Below, one piece after another: positions 24,401 through 36,974 of a DNA stretch of 64,000 bases. Position 1 is the stretch's first letter. Each line of letters starts with the position of its first letter. The notes beneath the pieces are model-generated. The model worked only from the letters and a program-made list of their open reading frames with translations, was not told the DNA's origin and made no database searches. This DNA is from Nemertoderma westbladi (taxonomy: Eukaryota; Animalia; Xenacoelomorpha), in the NCBI GenBank assembly GCA_032718475.1, contig JAUCBJ010006199.1, forward strand, positions 1 through 64,000. Reading direction: 5' to 3'. The position numbers and the translations under genes are program-made.

Positions 24401-27104
24401 TAAACAGCTAATAAGGAAGCAATAAAGTTAGTTAAAAATAAACAGCTAATAAGGAAGCAATAAAGTTAGTTCAAAATAAACAGCTAATAGGGAAGCAATA
24501 AAGTTAGTTAAAAATAAACAGCTAATAAGGAAGCAATAAAGTTAGTTAAAAATAAACAGCTAATAAGGAAGCAATAAAGTTAGTTAAAAATAAACAGCTA
24601 ATAAGGAAGCAATAAAGTTAGTTAAAAATAAACAGCTAATAAGGAAGCAATAAAGTTAGTTAAAAATAAACAGCTAATAAGGAAGCAATAAAGTTAGTTA
24701 AAAATAAACAGCTAATAAGGAAGCAATAAAGTTAGTTAAAAATAAACAGCTAATAAGGAAGCAATAAAGTTAGTTCAAAATAAACAGCTAATAGGGAAGC
24801 AATAAAGATAGTTAAAAATAAACAGCTAATAGGGAAGCAATAAGGTTAGTTAAAAATAAACAGCTAATAGGGAAGCAATAAAGTTAGTTAAAAATAAACA
24901 GCTAATAAGGAAGCAATAAAGTTAGTTCAAAATAAACAGCTAATAGGGAAGCAATAAAGATAGTTAAAAATAAACAGCTAATAGGGAAGCAATAAGGTTA
25001 GTTAAAAATAAACAGCTAATAGGGAAGCAATAAAGTTAGTAAAAATAAACAGCTAATAGGGAAGCAATAAAGTTAGTTAAAAATAAACAGCTAATAAGGA
25101 AGCAATAAAGTTAGTTCAAAATAAACAGCTAATAGGGAAGCAATAAAGATAGTTAAAAATAAACAGCTAATAGGGAAGCAATACAGTTAGTTAAAAATAA
25201 ACAGCTAATAGGGAAGCAATAAAGTTAGTTCAAAATAAACAGCTAATAAGGAAGCAATAAAGTTAGTTAAAAATAAACAGCTAATAAGGAAGCAATAAAG
25301 TTAGTTAAAAATAAACAGCTAATAAGGAAGCAATAAAGTTAGTTAAAAATAAACAGCTAATAGGGAAGCAATAAAGTTAGTTAAAAATAAACAGCTAATA
25401 GGGAAGCAATAAAGATAGTTAAAAATAAACAGCTAATAGGGAGGCAATAAAGTTAGTTAAAAATAAACAGCTAATAGGGAAGCAATAAAGTTAGTTAAAA
25501 ATAAACAGCTAATAGGGAAGCAATAAAGATAGTTAAAAATAAACAGCTAATAAGGAAGCAATAAAGATAGTTAAAAATAAACAGCTAATAGGGAAGCAAT
25601 AAAGTTAGTTAAAAATAAACAGCTAATAGGGAAGCAATAAAGTTAGTTAAAAATAAACAGCTAATAGGGAAGCAATAAAGATAGTTAAAAATAAACAGCT
25701 AATAGGGAGGCAATAAAGTTAGTTAAAAATAAACAGCTAATAGGGAAGCAATAAAGTTAGTTAAAAATAAACAGCTAATAGGGAAGCAATAAAGATAGTT
25801 AAAAATAAACAGCTAATAAGGAAGCAATAAAGATAGTTAAAAATAAACAGCTAATAGGGAAGCAATAAAGTTAGTTAAAAATAAACAGCTAATAGGGAAG
25901 CAATAAAGATAGTTAAAAATAAACAGCTAATAGGGAAGCAATAAAGATAGTTAAAAATAAACAGCTAATAAGGAAGCAATAAAGTTAGTTAAAAATAAAC
26001 AGCTAATAGGGAAGCAATAAAGTTAGTTAAAAATAAACAGCTAATAGGGAAGCAATAATGATAGTTAAAAATAAACAGCTAATAGGGAAGCAATAAGGTT
26101 AGTTAAAAATAAACAGCTAATAGGGAAGCAATAAAGATAGTTAAAAATAAACAGCTAATAGGGAAGCAATAAAGTTAGTTAAAAATAAACAGCTAAATAG
26201 GGAAGCAATAAAGATAGTTAAAAATAAACAGCTAATAGGGAAGCAATAAAGATAGTTAAAAATAAACAGCTAATAGGGAAGCAATAAAGTTAGTTAAAAA
26301 TAAACAGGTAATAGGGAAGCAATAAAGTTAGTTAAAAATAAACAGCTAATAGGGAAGCAATAAAGATAGTTAAAAATAAACAGCTAATAAGGAAGCAATA
26401 AAATTAGTTAAAAATAAACAGCTAATAAGGAAGCAATAAAGTTAGTTAAAAATAAACAGCTAAATAGGGAAGCAATAAAGATAGTTAAAAATAAACAGCT
26501 AATAGGGAAGCAATAAAGATAGTTAAAAATAAACAGCTAATAGGGAAGCAATAAAGTTAGTTAAAAATAAACAGGTAATAGGGAAGCAATAAAGTTAGTT
26601 AAAAATAAACAGCTAATAGGGAAGCAATAAAGATAGTTAAAAATAAACAGCTAATAGGGAAGCAATAAAGATAGTTAAAAATAAACAGCTAATAGGGAAG
26701 CAATAAAGTTAGTTAAAAATAAACAGGTAATAGGGAAGCAATAAGGTTAGTTAAAAATATACAGCTAATAGGGAAGCAATAAGGTTACTATGTAAGTTAA
26801 AAATAAACATATAATAGGGAAGCAATAAGGTTAGTTAAATAAACAGCTAGGGAAATAATGAAGTTAGTTAAAAAAAAACTGCAAATAGGGAAGCAATAAA
26901 GTTAGTTAAAAATAAACAGCTAATAAGGAAGCAATAAAGTTAGTTAAAAATAAACAGCTAATGGGGATGCAATAAAGTTAGTTAAAAATAAACAGCTAAT
27001 AGGGAAGCAATAAAGTTAGTTAAAAATAAACAGCTAATAAGGAAGCAATAAAGTTAGTTAAAAATAAACAGCTAATAAGGAAGCAATAAAGTTAGTTTAA
27101 AAAT
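15477..27104. repeat. ~11.6-kb tandem array of a 38-bp unit (~300 copies) filling SRSF10 intron 4
   Basis: Unit AAACAGCTAATAGGGAAGCAATAAAGTTAGTTAAAAAT, period 38 (e.g. 15721->15759), with point and small indel variants. Confidence 0.97.
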
Positions 27105-27701
27105 GTTGTTTTTCGTCGTCCATTGAAGTCCGTAGTAAGATTCGTCGTCCATTGAAGTCCGAATTCTTATGCATACGATAGCTAATATATCTGTTCCTGT
27201 TAGTCTATTAGCTGAGCACGTTCTGGAACCTAACTTGGTGGTAATTGGTTGTGATGTGATTGGTTAATTTATATACCTTATTTTAACCTTAATTCAGTAA
27301 TTAATCATCGGCATCATTAAAATTATGTCTATACTGATATTCAACATTCAAGAAAATTTACTCGGCCCACAGGTCACTCCATGTAAGGATGTAATATTAT
27401 GGTTTTGTTCAGAAATGGAAAATAACGAGGAAGTACGTCACCGGGGGTTGAACCAACACTATACGTATATTTCGGCCTATCAGGCCTCATCAGTAGCGCT
27501 AACCAGTTCAGCCACTTGCCCCTGACACTTGATCTCCCATCTATTCCACTTCTATTGAACAGGCATTTTTCCCATTTCTGAACAAAAAATAATATTACAT
27601 CATCAATTAGTTTCATTATCAGCGTTCTCACAAAAGCGATTCATTCTGATGTTTCATTTGAAAGGGAATAAAAACGTCCACGACCTAAAGTATTAGCCTA
27701 C

Positions 27702-27948
27702 CTGTACCGGCCCCCATCACCACTTCCGCGATCACGATTGCTCCTCCCATAATCTCTGTCACGTCCCGGACTTCCCGACCTGTAGCTCCTCCCCTCACGT
27801 CCCGGACTTCCCGACCTGTAGCTCCTTCCCACGTCTCTTTCACGACTGCGGTAACGGGGAGAGGCCCGCCTTGGGGGTCCGTTATCACGGCGGTTGTAAG
27901 CTATGTCTCCGCCCCTATCATCGTCTTTAGTTTTCATCATTCGTGGAG
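27702..27948 (-). CDS. SRSF10: SRSF10/12-like, coding exon 4 (RS/RD-rich)
   Basis: Acceptor TTTCTTGCTTACCTTGCAG|CT gives GDRK-T-PRMMKTKD (human GDRKTPNQMKAKE). Then RASPRYRSRERD..SYRSGSP. Donor CAG|GTAGGC. 247 nt. Confidence 0.85.
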
Positions 27949-28079
27949 CTGCAAGGTAAGCAAGAAATCGATTCCATGTAAAAAAAAACATCAGATTGTT
28001 CATTCCCACATAATCGCATCCAACCCAATCATGCTATATTTGATTATTATGTATCGTCTGACTGTCCATGTCGAACAGA

Positions 28080-30111
28080 CTTTCCCTATCCCCTCTCCAC
28101 AATGAGTGGGCCCATCCGTGTTCAACTTACTTTCCCTATCCCCTCTCGACAATGAGTGGGCCCATCCGTGTTCAACTTACTTTCCCTATCCCCTCTCGAC
28201 AATGAGTGGGCCCATCCGTGTTCAACTTACTTTCCCTATCCCCTCTCGACAATGAGTGGGCCCATCCGTGTTCAACTTACTTTCCCTATCCCCTCTCGAC
28301 AATGAGTGGGCCCATCCGTCTTCAACTTACTTTCCCTATCCCCTCTCGACAATGAGTGGGCCCATCCGTGTTCAACTTACTTACCATATCGCTCTCGACA
28401 ATGAGTGGGCCCATCCGTGTTCAACTTACTTTCCCTATCCCCTCTCGACAATGAGTGGTCCCATCCGTGTTCAACTTACTTACCATATCGCTCTCGACAA
28501 TGAGTGGGCCCATCCGTGTTCAACTTACTTTCCCTATCCCCTCTCGACAATGAGTGGGCCCATCCGTGTTCAACTTACTTACCATATCGCTCTCCACAAT
28601 GAGTGGGCCCATCCGTGTTCAACTTACTTTCCCTATCCCCTCTCGACAATGAGTGGGCCCATCCGTGTTCAACTTACTTTCCCTATCCCCTCTCGACAAT
28701 GAGTGGTCCCATCCGTGTTCAACTTACTTACCATATCGCTCTCGACAATGTTGGTGCCCATCCGTGTTCAACTTACTTTCCCTATCCCCTCTCGACAATG
28801 AGTGGGCCCATCCGTGTTCAACTTACTTTCCCTATCCCCTCTCGACAATGAGTGGGCCCATCCGTGTTCAACTTACTTTCCCTATCCCCTCTCGACAATG
28901 AGTGGTCCCATCCGTGTTCAACTTACTTACCATATCGCTCTCGACAATGTTGGTGCCCATCCGTGTTCAACTTACTTTCCCTATCCCCTCTCGACAATGA
29001 GTGGTCCCATCCGTGTTCAACTTACTTACCATATCGCTCTCGACAATGAGTGGGCCCATCCGTGTTCAACTTACTTTCCCTATCCCCTCTCGACAATGAG
29101 TGGGCCCATCCGTGTTCAACTTACATTTTCTATCCCCTCTCCACAATGAGTGGGCCAGGGGCCTGGCCCTTGCGAGTTCAACTTACTTTTTCTATCCCCT
29201 CTCCACAATGAGTGGGCCAGGGGCCTGGCCCTTGCGAGTTCAACTTACTTTTTCTATCCCCTCTCCACAATGAGTGGGCCAGGGGCCTGGCCCTTGCGAG
29301 TTCAACTTACTTTTTCTATCCCCTCTCCACAATGAGTGGGCCAGGGGCCCGGCCCTTGCGAGTTCAACTTACATTTTCTATCCCCTCTCCACAATGAGTG
29401 GGCCAGGGGCCTGGTCCTTGCGAGTTCAACTTACTTTTTCTATCCCCTCTCCACAATGAGTGGGCCAGGGGCCTGGCCCTTGCGAGTTCAACTTACTTTT
29501 TCTATCCCCTCTCCACAATGAGTGGGCCAGGGGCCCGGCCCTTGCGAGTTCAACTTACTTTTTCTATCCCCTCTCCACAATGAGTGGGCCAGGGGCCTGG
29601 CCCTTGCGAGTTCAACTTACTTTTTCTATCCCCTCTCCACAATGAGTGGGCCAGGGGCCCGGCCCTTGCGAGTTCAACTTACTTTTTCTATCCCCTCTCC
29701 ACAATGAGTGGGCCAGGGGCCCGGCCCTTGCGAGTTCAACTTACATTTTCTATCCCCTCTCCACAATGAGTGGGCCAGGGGCCCGGCCCTTGCGAGTTCA
29801 ACTTACTTTTTCTATCCCCTCTCCACAATGAGTGGGCCAGGGGCCCGGCCCTTGCGAGTTCAACTTACTTTTTCTATCCCCTCTCCACAATGAGTGGGCC
29901 AGGGGCCCGGCCCTTGCGAGTTCAACTTACTTTTTCTATCCCCTCTCCACAATGAGTGGGCCAGGGGCCCGGCCCTTGCGAGTTCAACTTACTTTTTCTA
30001 TCCCCTCTCCACAATGAGTGGGCCCGGCCCTTGCGAGTTCAACTTACTTTTTCTATCCCCTCTCCACAATGAGTGGGCCTATCCGTGTTAAACTTACTTT
30101 TTCTATCCCCT
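28080..30111. repeat. Tandem array of 49-50-bp units (~21) and 62-bp units (~14) filling SRSF10 intron 3
   Basis: Minus-strand unit GGGGATAG(GG/AA)AAA-GTAAGTTGAAC..CCCACTCATTGT(C/G)GAGA. The 62-bp period is visible in the ORF starts 29150, 29212 ... 30018. Confidence 0.95.
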
Positions 30112-30201
30112 TGTGCAAACTGAACCTCGAGCTCCCTCCCGTAGAATCTGTAACCATCCAAGTCGTATTGAGCATCTTCAGCATCGCGATATTCTTCAAA
30201 C
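30098..30201 (-). CDS. SRSF10: SRSF10/12-like, coding exon 3 (RRM C-terminal half)
   Basis: After the AC acceptor: (E)[34 protein letters not shown] (human [34 protein letters not shown]). 104 nt. Donor AAA|GTAAGT. Confidence 0.92.
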
Positions 30202-30751
30202 GTATATTTTATTTCGATGATGGAAAATACTGGTTTATGAATGATATGTTACGGACTTTTAAAGTATAAATAGTTAAAACAATGTTTATACAATAAAGGC
30301 AGACAAAGAAACAGGGTATAAAAGAAACTGGCACAAGATGCAATAAGAATTACCCAAACTATACTATCCTGCATAAAATAAGGTTAGAGTATCATAGCAT
30401 AGTGGAATAAAGAAATGGAATGTAGTATTAGTTAAATGGTGAATTAAATTCATTAATCAAGGGTAAGAGGCAAGTTAGTAAATAAACATGACATTGTGAC
30501 GTGGATTTATAGTATATACTTTGAATAATATGATAAGATCCAAGCAAAAGAAAATGATTTAAAACACTAAAAGTACTAATAATGTCTTGGAGCCAGGGTG
30601 AGTTGAAAACAGCAAAGAAGTTTGAAGCAGCAAACATTAAGGTTGTAGAGTAAGAGTACCCCAACACATATAAAATTAATTAGGAATGTAATTAATACAG
30701 TATCAACTTCAGTTAAAAGCGCTAAGCAAAAAATGAACCAACTACTAAAAC

Positions 30752-32762
30752 GACAGTGATCGCCGACAGTGATCACCGACAGTGATTACCAACAGTGATC
30801 GCCGACAGTGATCGCCGACAGTGATCGCCGACAGTGATCGCCGACAGTGACCGCCGACAGTGATCGCCGACAGTGATCGCCTACAGTGATCGCCGACAGT
30901 GATCGTCGACAGTGATCACCGACAGTGATCGCCGACAATGATTGCCGACATTGATCGCCGCAGTGATCGCCGACAGTGACCGCCGACAGTGATTACCAAC
31001 AGTGATAGCCGACCCCGACAGTGATCGCCTACAGTGATCGCCGACAGTGATCGTCGACAGTGATCACCGACAGTGATCGCCGACAATGATGGCCGACATT
31101 GATCGCCGACAGTGATCGCCGACAGTGACCGCCGACAGTGATCGCCGACAGTGATCGCCTACAGTGATCGCCGACAGTGATCGCCGACAGTGATCGTCGA
31201 CAGTGATCACCGACAGTGATCGCCGACAATGATTGCCGACATTGATCGCCGCAGTGATCGCCGACAGTGACCGCCGACAGTGATCGCCGACAGTGATCGC
31301 CGACAGTGATCGCCGACAATGATTGCCGACATTGATCGCCGACAGTGATCGCCGACAGTGATCGCCGACAATGATTGCCGACATTGATCGCCGACAGTGA
31401 TCGCCGACAGTGATCGCCCACAGTGATCGCCGACAGTGATCGCCGACAGTGATCGCCGACAATGATTGCCGACAGTGATCACCGACAGTGATCGCCGACA
31501 GTGACCACCGACAGTGATCGCCGACAGTGATCGCCGACAGTGACCACCGACAGTGATCGCCGACAGTGATCGCCGACAGTGATCGCCGACAGTGATCGCC
31601 GACAGTGATCGTCGACAGTGACCGCCGACAGTGACCGCCGACAGTGATCGCCGACAGTGATCGTCGACAGTGATCGCCGACAGTGATCGCCGACAGTGAC
31701 CACCGACAGTGATCGCCGACAGTGATCGCCGACAGTGACCGCCGACAGTGACCGCCGACAGTGATCGCCGACAGTGATCGCCGACAGTGACCACCGACAG
31801 TGGTCGCCGACAGTGACCGCCGACAGTGATCGCCGACAGTGATCGCCGACAGTGACCACCGACAGTGACCGCCGACAGTGATCGCCGACAGTGATCGCCG
31901 ACAGTGACCGCCGACAGTGATCGCCGACAGTGATCGCCGACAGTGATCGCCGACAGTGATCGTCAACAGTGACCGCCGACAGTGACCGCCGACAGTGATC
32001 GCCGACAGTGATCGCCGACAGTGATCGCCGACAGTGATCGCCGACAGTGACCGCCGACAGTGATCGCCGACAGTGATCGTCGACAGTGACCGCCGACAGT
32101 GATCGCCGACAGTGATCGCCGACAGTGATCGCCGACAGTGATCGCCTACAGTGATCGCCGACAGTGATCGCCGACAGTGACCGCCGACAGTGATCGCCGA
32201 CAGTGATCGCCTACAGTGATCGCCGACAGTGATCGTCGACAGTGATCACCGACAGTGATCGCCGACAATGATTGCCGACATTGATCGCCGCAGTGATCGC
32301 CGACAGTGACCGCCGACAGTGATTACCAACAGTGATAGCCGACCCCGACAGTGATCGCCTACAGTGATCGCCGACAGTGATCGTCGACAGTGATCACCGA
32401 CAGTGATCGCCGACAATGATGGCCGACATTGATCGCCGACAGTGATCGCCGACAGTGACCGCCGACAGTGATCGCCGACAGTGATCGCCTACAGTGATCG
32501 CCGACAGTGATCGCCGACAGTGATCGTCGACAGTGATCACCGACAGTGATCGCCGACAATGATTGCCGACATTGATCGCCGCAGTGATCGCCGACAGTGA
32601 CCGCCGACAGTGATCGCCGACAGTGATCGCCGACAGTGATCGCCGACAATGATTGCCGACATTGATCGCCGACAGTGATAGCCGACAGTGATCGCCGACA
32701 ATGATTGCCGACATTGATCGCCGACAGTGATCGCCGACAGTGATCGCCCACAGTGATCGCCT
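30752..32762. repeat. 13-bp CpG-rich minisatellite (~150 copies) inside the U12 intron
   Basis: Unit GACAGTGATCGCC. Internal block duplication with 1330-bp offset (near-identical ORF artefacts at 31029 and 32359). Confidence 0.96.
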
Positions 32763-33045
32763 GTCGTATAATTTAGGTTGTTATCATGGATATGGATAAG
32801 GTCACACAAGTCAAATTTAAATAACCAACGATCTGGAACATTGCGAATGTCATCAGTTTAACAATGATTATGTCCATGGTGAGACAGTGTATGGGTTAGC
32901 ATGAATACATGAATACAAAAACATGCGAACATCCACCATAGTATAACTATAACATTATTGTGCTGTGCAAGTACAATGATCGGGAAGTGCAAGCTACCTA
33001 GATAAAACCCCAAATACACAAAATATTATTTGTATTCAAGGATAC

Positions 33046-33246
33046 TATGCCTTTTATACTTTAGGACGAATACTGTAGCTTTATCTTTTGATCTTGACTT
33101 TGTAAATCTTTTTCATTCTTTGAACTGAAGTTGAACTGGTTTAGGGCAATTTGACGCGGTTCCAATTATGAACTTTGTCTTTCACTTTGTGTCTTTTCTT
33201 TAATTTTAACTTTGATCTTGATCTTTCATGTCTGTGACTTTAGGGG
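33046..33246 (-). promoter_or_regulatory. Candidate purine-rich regulatory (poison) exon inside the U12 intron
   Basis: U2 acceptor TTTTTTTGTTTAG at 33247, paired with a U2 donor CAG|GTAAGA at 33316. Contains AAAGACAAA (33182-33174) and related GA motifs. Ends at a U12-like donor GTATCCTTG (33045-33037). Confidence 0.6.
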
Positions 33247-33503
33247 CTAAACAAAAAAATATGTATTTATTATATACAATCAACAATAAAATATATATAT
33301 CACAATCATTTCTTACCTGCGCCACTGTCACAACTTGCAGAATGTATATATATCATTTTGTACAATATATGCCTATTTTTGTACATGTATTAATTATTAA
33401 TTACATGTATATATTATGTTGTGCATGTAAACATGTACATGTTAATTAATATTTGCCCCGAATTAGTAATTATTATTATTAATATTATACTAAGATCGTA
33501 TTA

Positions 33504-33776
<273 letters not shown>

Positions 33777-33831
33777 TCAATTATATAAGAAAATCAAATC
33801 ACTCTATGTAATGTACTGTAACCAAGGTAAC

Positions 33832-34802
33832 AACAGGTCATGCAGCGAGTGGATTGCTGAAATTAGCGTGGGCCGATCGTTTCCCTATTTATGGCACTTT
33901 TTTATAATATTTCTTTAAAAACTTCTTATACTACTTTTCTTAGGTGGATATGATAACTAGGGTTCATAGAAATACAATAAAAAGTATTTCTGGAATTTTA
34001 ATCTTGTAGTTGTCAAGGTAACCGGGTGCAAAGTTCAAACTTTTCCCGCCTGTAATTCAAGACGATGAGGGATTCTGTTCTTGAAATTTGATAGGTGAGT
34101 AAAGGGAATAAAAGTCTATCAGAATATTTTACATTTGAATTTGTTTACATTCCCGTTGCCATGGTAATTAGTACAATGACAAATCTGAATAAGTCTACCA
34201 AATCTATAAAACACCATTTTTATTCGGTTTGTCAGTCAAAATAGTAAGTTAAAATTGCCAACATTTTATTTTATGAATAGTCAATTGTGAATGACAGTTA
34301 TGAGGGTCAATATGTGACAATAACCAAAACTGTCCAATCAGAGAGAAAGACCCGTGAGAGCATGTTTTTACATTCCAGAATATTAAATTTCGGTTAGCAA
34401 TTATTAGAAACAAAGGACAGCCAGCAGGCATGTCAGGTGCAAATGAAATAAATATTAAATAGTAGCCAAATTTCTCACTGGCGGTCATAATGGCAAATTA
34501 TCGTAATACCCATCACCATGGAAACGGGATTGAAAAAAATATTTAAATGTAAAATATTCTGATAGACTTGAATTACAGACTGGCAAAGTTTGAACTTTGC
34601 ACCCGGTTGGTTACCTTGACAACTATAAGATAAAAATTCCAGAAAGACATTTTATTGTATTGCTATGAACTCTATTCATCATATCCATCTAACAAAAGTA
34701 GCATAAAATAAATTTCTAAGGAAATATTATGAAAAAGTGCCATAAATAGGGAAAAGATCGGCCTCCACTAATTTCAGCAATTCGATCGCTGCTCGACCTG
34801 TT
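33832..34802. mobile_element. Non-autonomous foldback/MITE with long imperfect TIRs
   Basis: 33832-~34160 is the reverse complement of ~34515-34802 (e.g. TTCCCTATTTATGGCACTTTTT / AAAAAGTGCCATAAATAGGGAA, GGGTGCAAAGTTCAAACTTT / AAAGTTTGAACTTTGCACCC). Confidence 0.8.
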
Positions 34803-35483
34803 ATTTAGTACACCTTGACCGTAACCTACTACATTCCCTAAGTTGTAATTATATTGCCTTGCGTTTACTGTTTTGGTTAGAAACGCCTCCAGCTGTGTCT
34901 CTCAATAATTGTTAAAGGTTATGTTTTGGCGAGGAAAGCACGCCTCTGTTCTCTTCTTAAGTTCAAGTGTTAAGAGTTTTAAGAGGTTTTGGTTAGATAA
35001 GTTGATTAAATTGTGATTGCAAGGTTTACTTTAAATTTAATGCTCTATCAATCAATACCTAATCATACAATTTCAGAAATACACTAAAATTGTTTACATA
35101 TTTTTTATAACAAACAGGCAGATATAAATAAAGTAAATTTAATGAACTAGTTTAATGTTACAATATGGATTAAAACTATTTTATATACATACGTAGTGGT
35201 TTCCGTCTAAACCTCGTATTATTATTTCACTCACTACATTCGTTTGTACCGTATAACAACCACCCGGACTGAGATAAGCAAACAGCAAAGTGCTACTTTA
35301 ATAACTAACTATACGTCTAAGTAAGTATTTTATGTTAAATATTGAATGCGAAAATAAAAATTATACTAATTATGTAATATTTCATGTGAATTGTTTCATG
35401 GTATGTTAATTACATTAAAAAAACTATCATGATAACACTACCTGAAGTCAAATTTACCAAATTCTAAAATAATTACTGCGATA

Positions 35484-36974
35484 TTAAAAATCCTCACATA
35501 AACTTTCCAAAGAAAGCTTATCAAGATAGACGGTAGCAGAGTTAATATTAGCAGAACCTTGAAACCTGACGGACAAAACCATATTGGACTCATTATCAAC
35601 CGCTAAATGTTTAATCGCATCCGAAGTCCACAGTTGCTCTAACCAGTCGCCATGGAGTTTCTTTGATGAAGAAATCATAAGGCTACTGTTGCCTAGAAAC
35701 GGCTTCAACACGACTGATTCATTATTAACTAATGTTCCGTAATTAACAACCCAAGTAAGTTGCAATCGGTTTCTTGGAGGAAAGCAATTCGAATCAATGT
35801 AGAAAAGCAGAAATACACTGTCGTCAATCGTGGACAAATCAAACTGCAAACACTCGCGAACCCTGTCTGAAGTGAATCCGAACCTGACATTGAAGTTGTG
35901 ACATTGAGGTTCCTGTCGACTCAAGCAAAACCAACTAGTGATACCATCAGCAACAGAATCACCAGGACAACGAACATATCCACGGCAAAAGTTTGTCGCC
36001 AAAGGCAACTTAAGCGATCTGATAAACAAAAACGGTTCCAACTTCTTCCAGAACTTTTTCTGATTTTCGTGAAAATTCTCCCATCCCAGATGTTCGTAAA
36101 CCCAAGCGAAGGCGAACACAGCAACGGAGAGATTGAATTCCCGGATATGTTTGAGAGCGACATCGCAATTGAACCCACCCCCGCCGACACAACCACGGCC
36201 GAAACAATCCACACCAACATAAACATCAAACTGCCGACCTTCCGACGATTTCAGCGAATGCCTTAAATTATCCTCTTCTGTTTTCCAGGTATAATTCAAG
36301 AAAACCCCGTCGCAAATATCGAAGAATTTATAATTATTGTCGTTGAGTTCGTTCTGCCAGTCAAGTTTACCTGCGAAGTTAACAGCATCGTACCAAATAA
36401 CAAACGAACCCGGAATACTCGAGTGCATCCGGCTGGACAATTCGTACAAGAATGACAACAAATTAGGGATAAGACTGGAATCTATATCATTCTCAATATT
36501 CACGAGCCACCCATCGAATTTATAAAACACGGCGACGCGAACTAATTGGCTAACAACGCACTCAATGCTCCCGAATGAACTTAGAAACTCACGACAAATC
36601 GTCGCGCCCAAATCGAACTCTGTTATGAAGGTGCCGAGAACGGGGACGGAATGTTTGTGAGCTGCGTCAACCCAACCAACCGGAGGGATTGTCACCAAAT
36701 GATGAGAAAAATAACAAAAAATATCCACGTAATGCCAATAGTAGAACGAGAAGGCCTCAGTTGCGGGGCAACCAGAGACAAATCTGTCCTCCAAGTAGCC
36801 TCCTTTAAGGTCGTGGCAGATTAGCGTTCTCGGTCTATACGCTAGTTGGCGTTGCGATGCTGTTAGTCCAGGTTGCCTGGAGACCAAGCAGCTGTCTGTA
36901 GTCTCCTCCTGCCAGTCGTGCAGCTGTTCTAAATTGCGCAGAGGTGTGGATTCTAACTGTGGGTTCCGTTCCAT
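35484..36974 (-). CDS. ENGASE: Cytosolic endo-beta-N-acetylglucosaminidase (GH85), single-exon CDS nested in SRSF10 intron 1
   Basis: 496 aa with RTLICHDLKGGYLEDR, DIFCYFSHHLVTIPP, VLGTFITE, catalytic FDGWLVNIEN, VIWYDAV..WQNELN, FLNYTW and VYVGVDCFGR. Confidence 0.93.
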   Translation of the reverse strand: MERNPQLESTPLRNLEQLHDWQEETTDSCLVSRQPGLTASQRQLAYRPRTLICHDLKGGYLEDRFVSGCPATEAFSFYYWHYVDIFCYFSHHLVTIPPVGWVDAAHKHSVPVLGTFITEFDLGATICREFLSSFGSIECVVSQLVRVAVFYKFDGWLVNIENDIDSSLIPNLLSFLYELSSRMHSSIPGSFVIWYDAVNFAGKLDWQNELNDNNYKFFDICDGVFLNYTWKTEEDNLRHSLKSSEGRQFDVYVGVDCFGRGCVGGGGFNCDVALKHIREFNLSVAVFAFAWVYEHLGWENFHENQKKFWKKLEPFLFIRSLKLPLATNFCRGYVRCPGDSVADGITSWFCLSRQEPQCHNFNVRFGFTSDRVRECLQFDLSTIDDSVFLLFYIDSNCFPPRNRLQLTWVVNYGTLVNNESVVLKPFLGNSSLMISSSKKLHGDWLEQLWTSDAIKHLAVDNESNMVLSVRFQGSANINSATVYLDKLSLESLCEDF

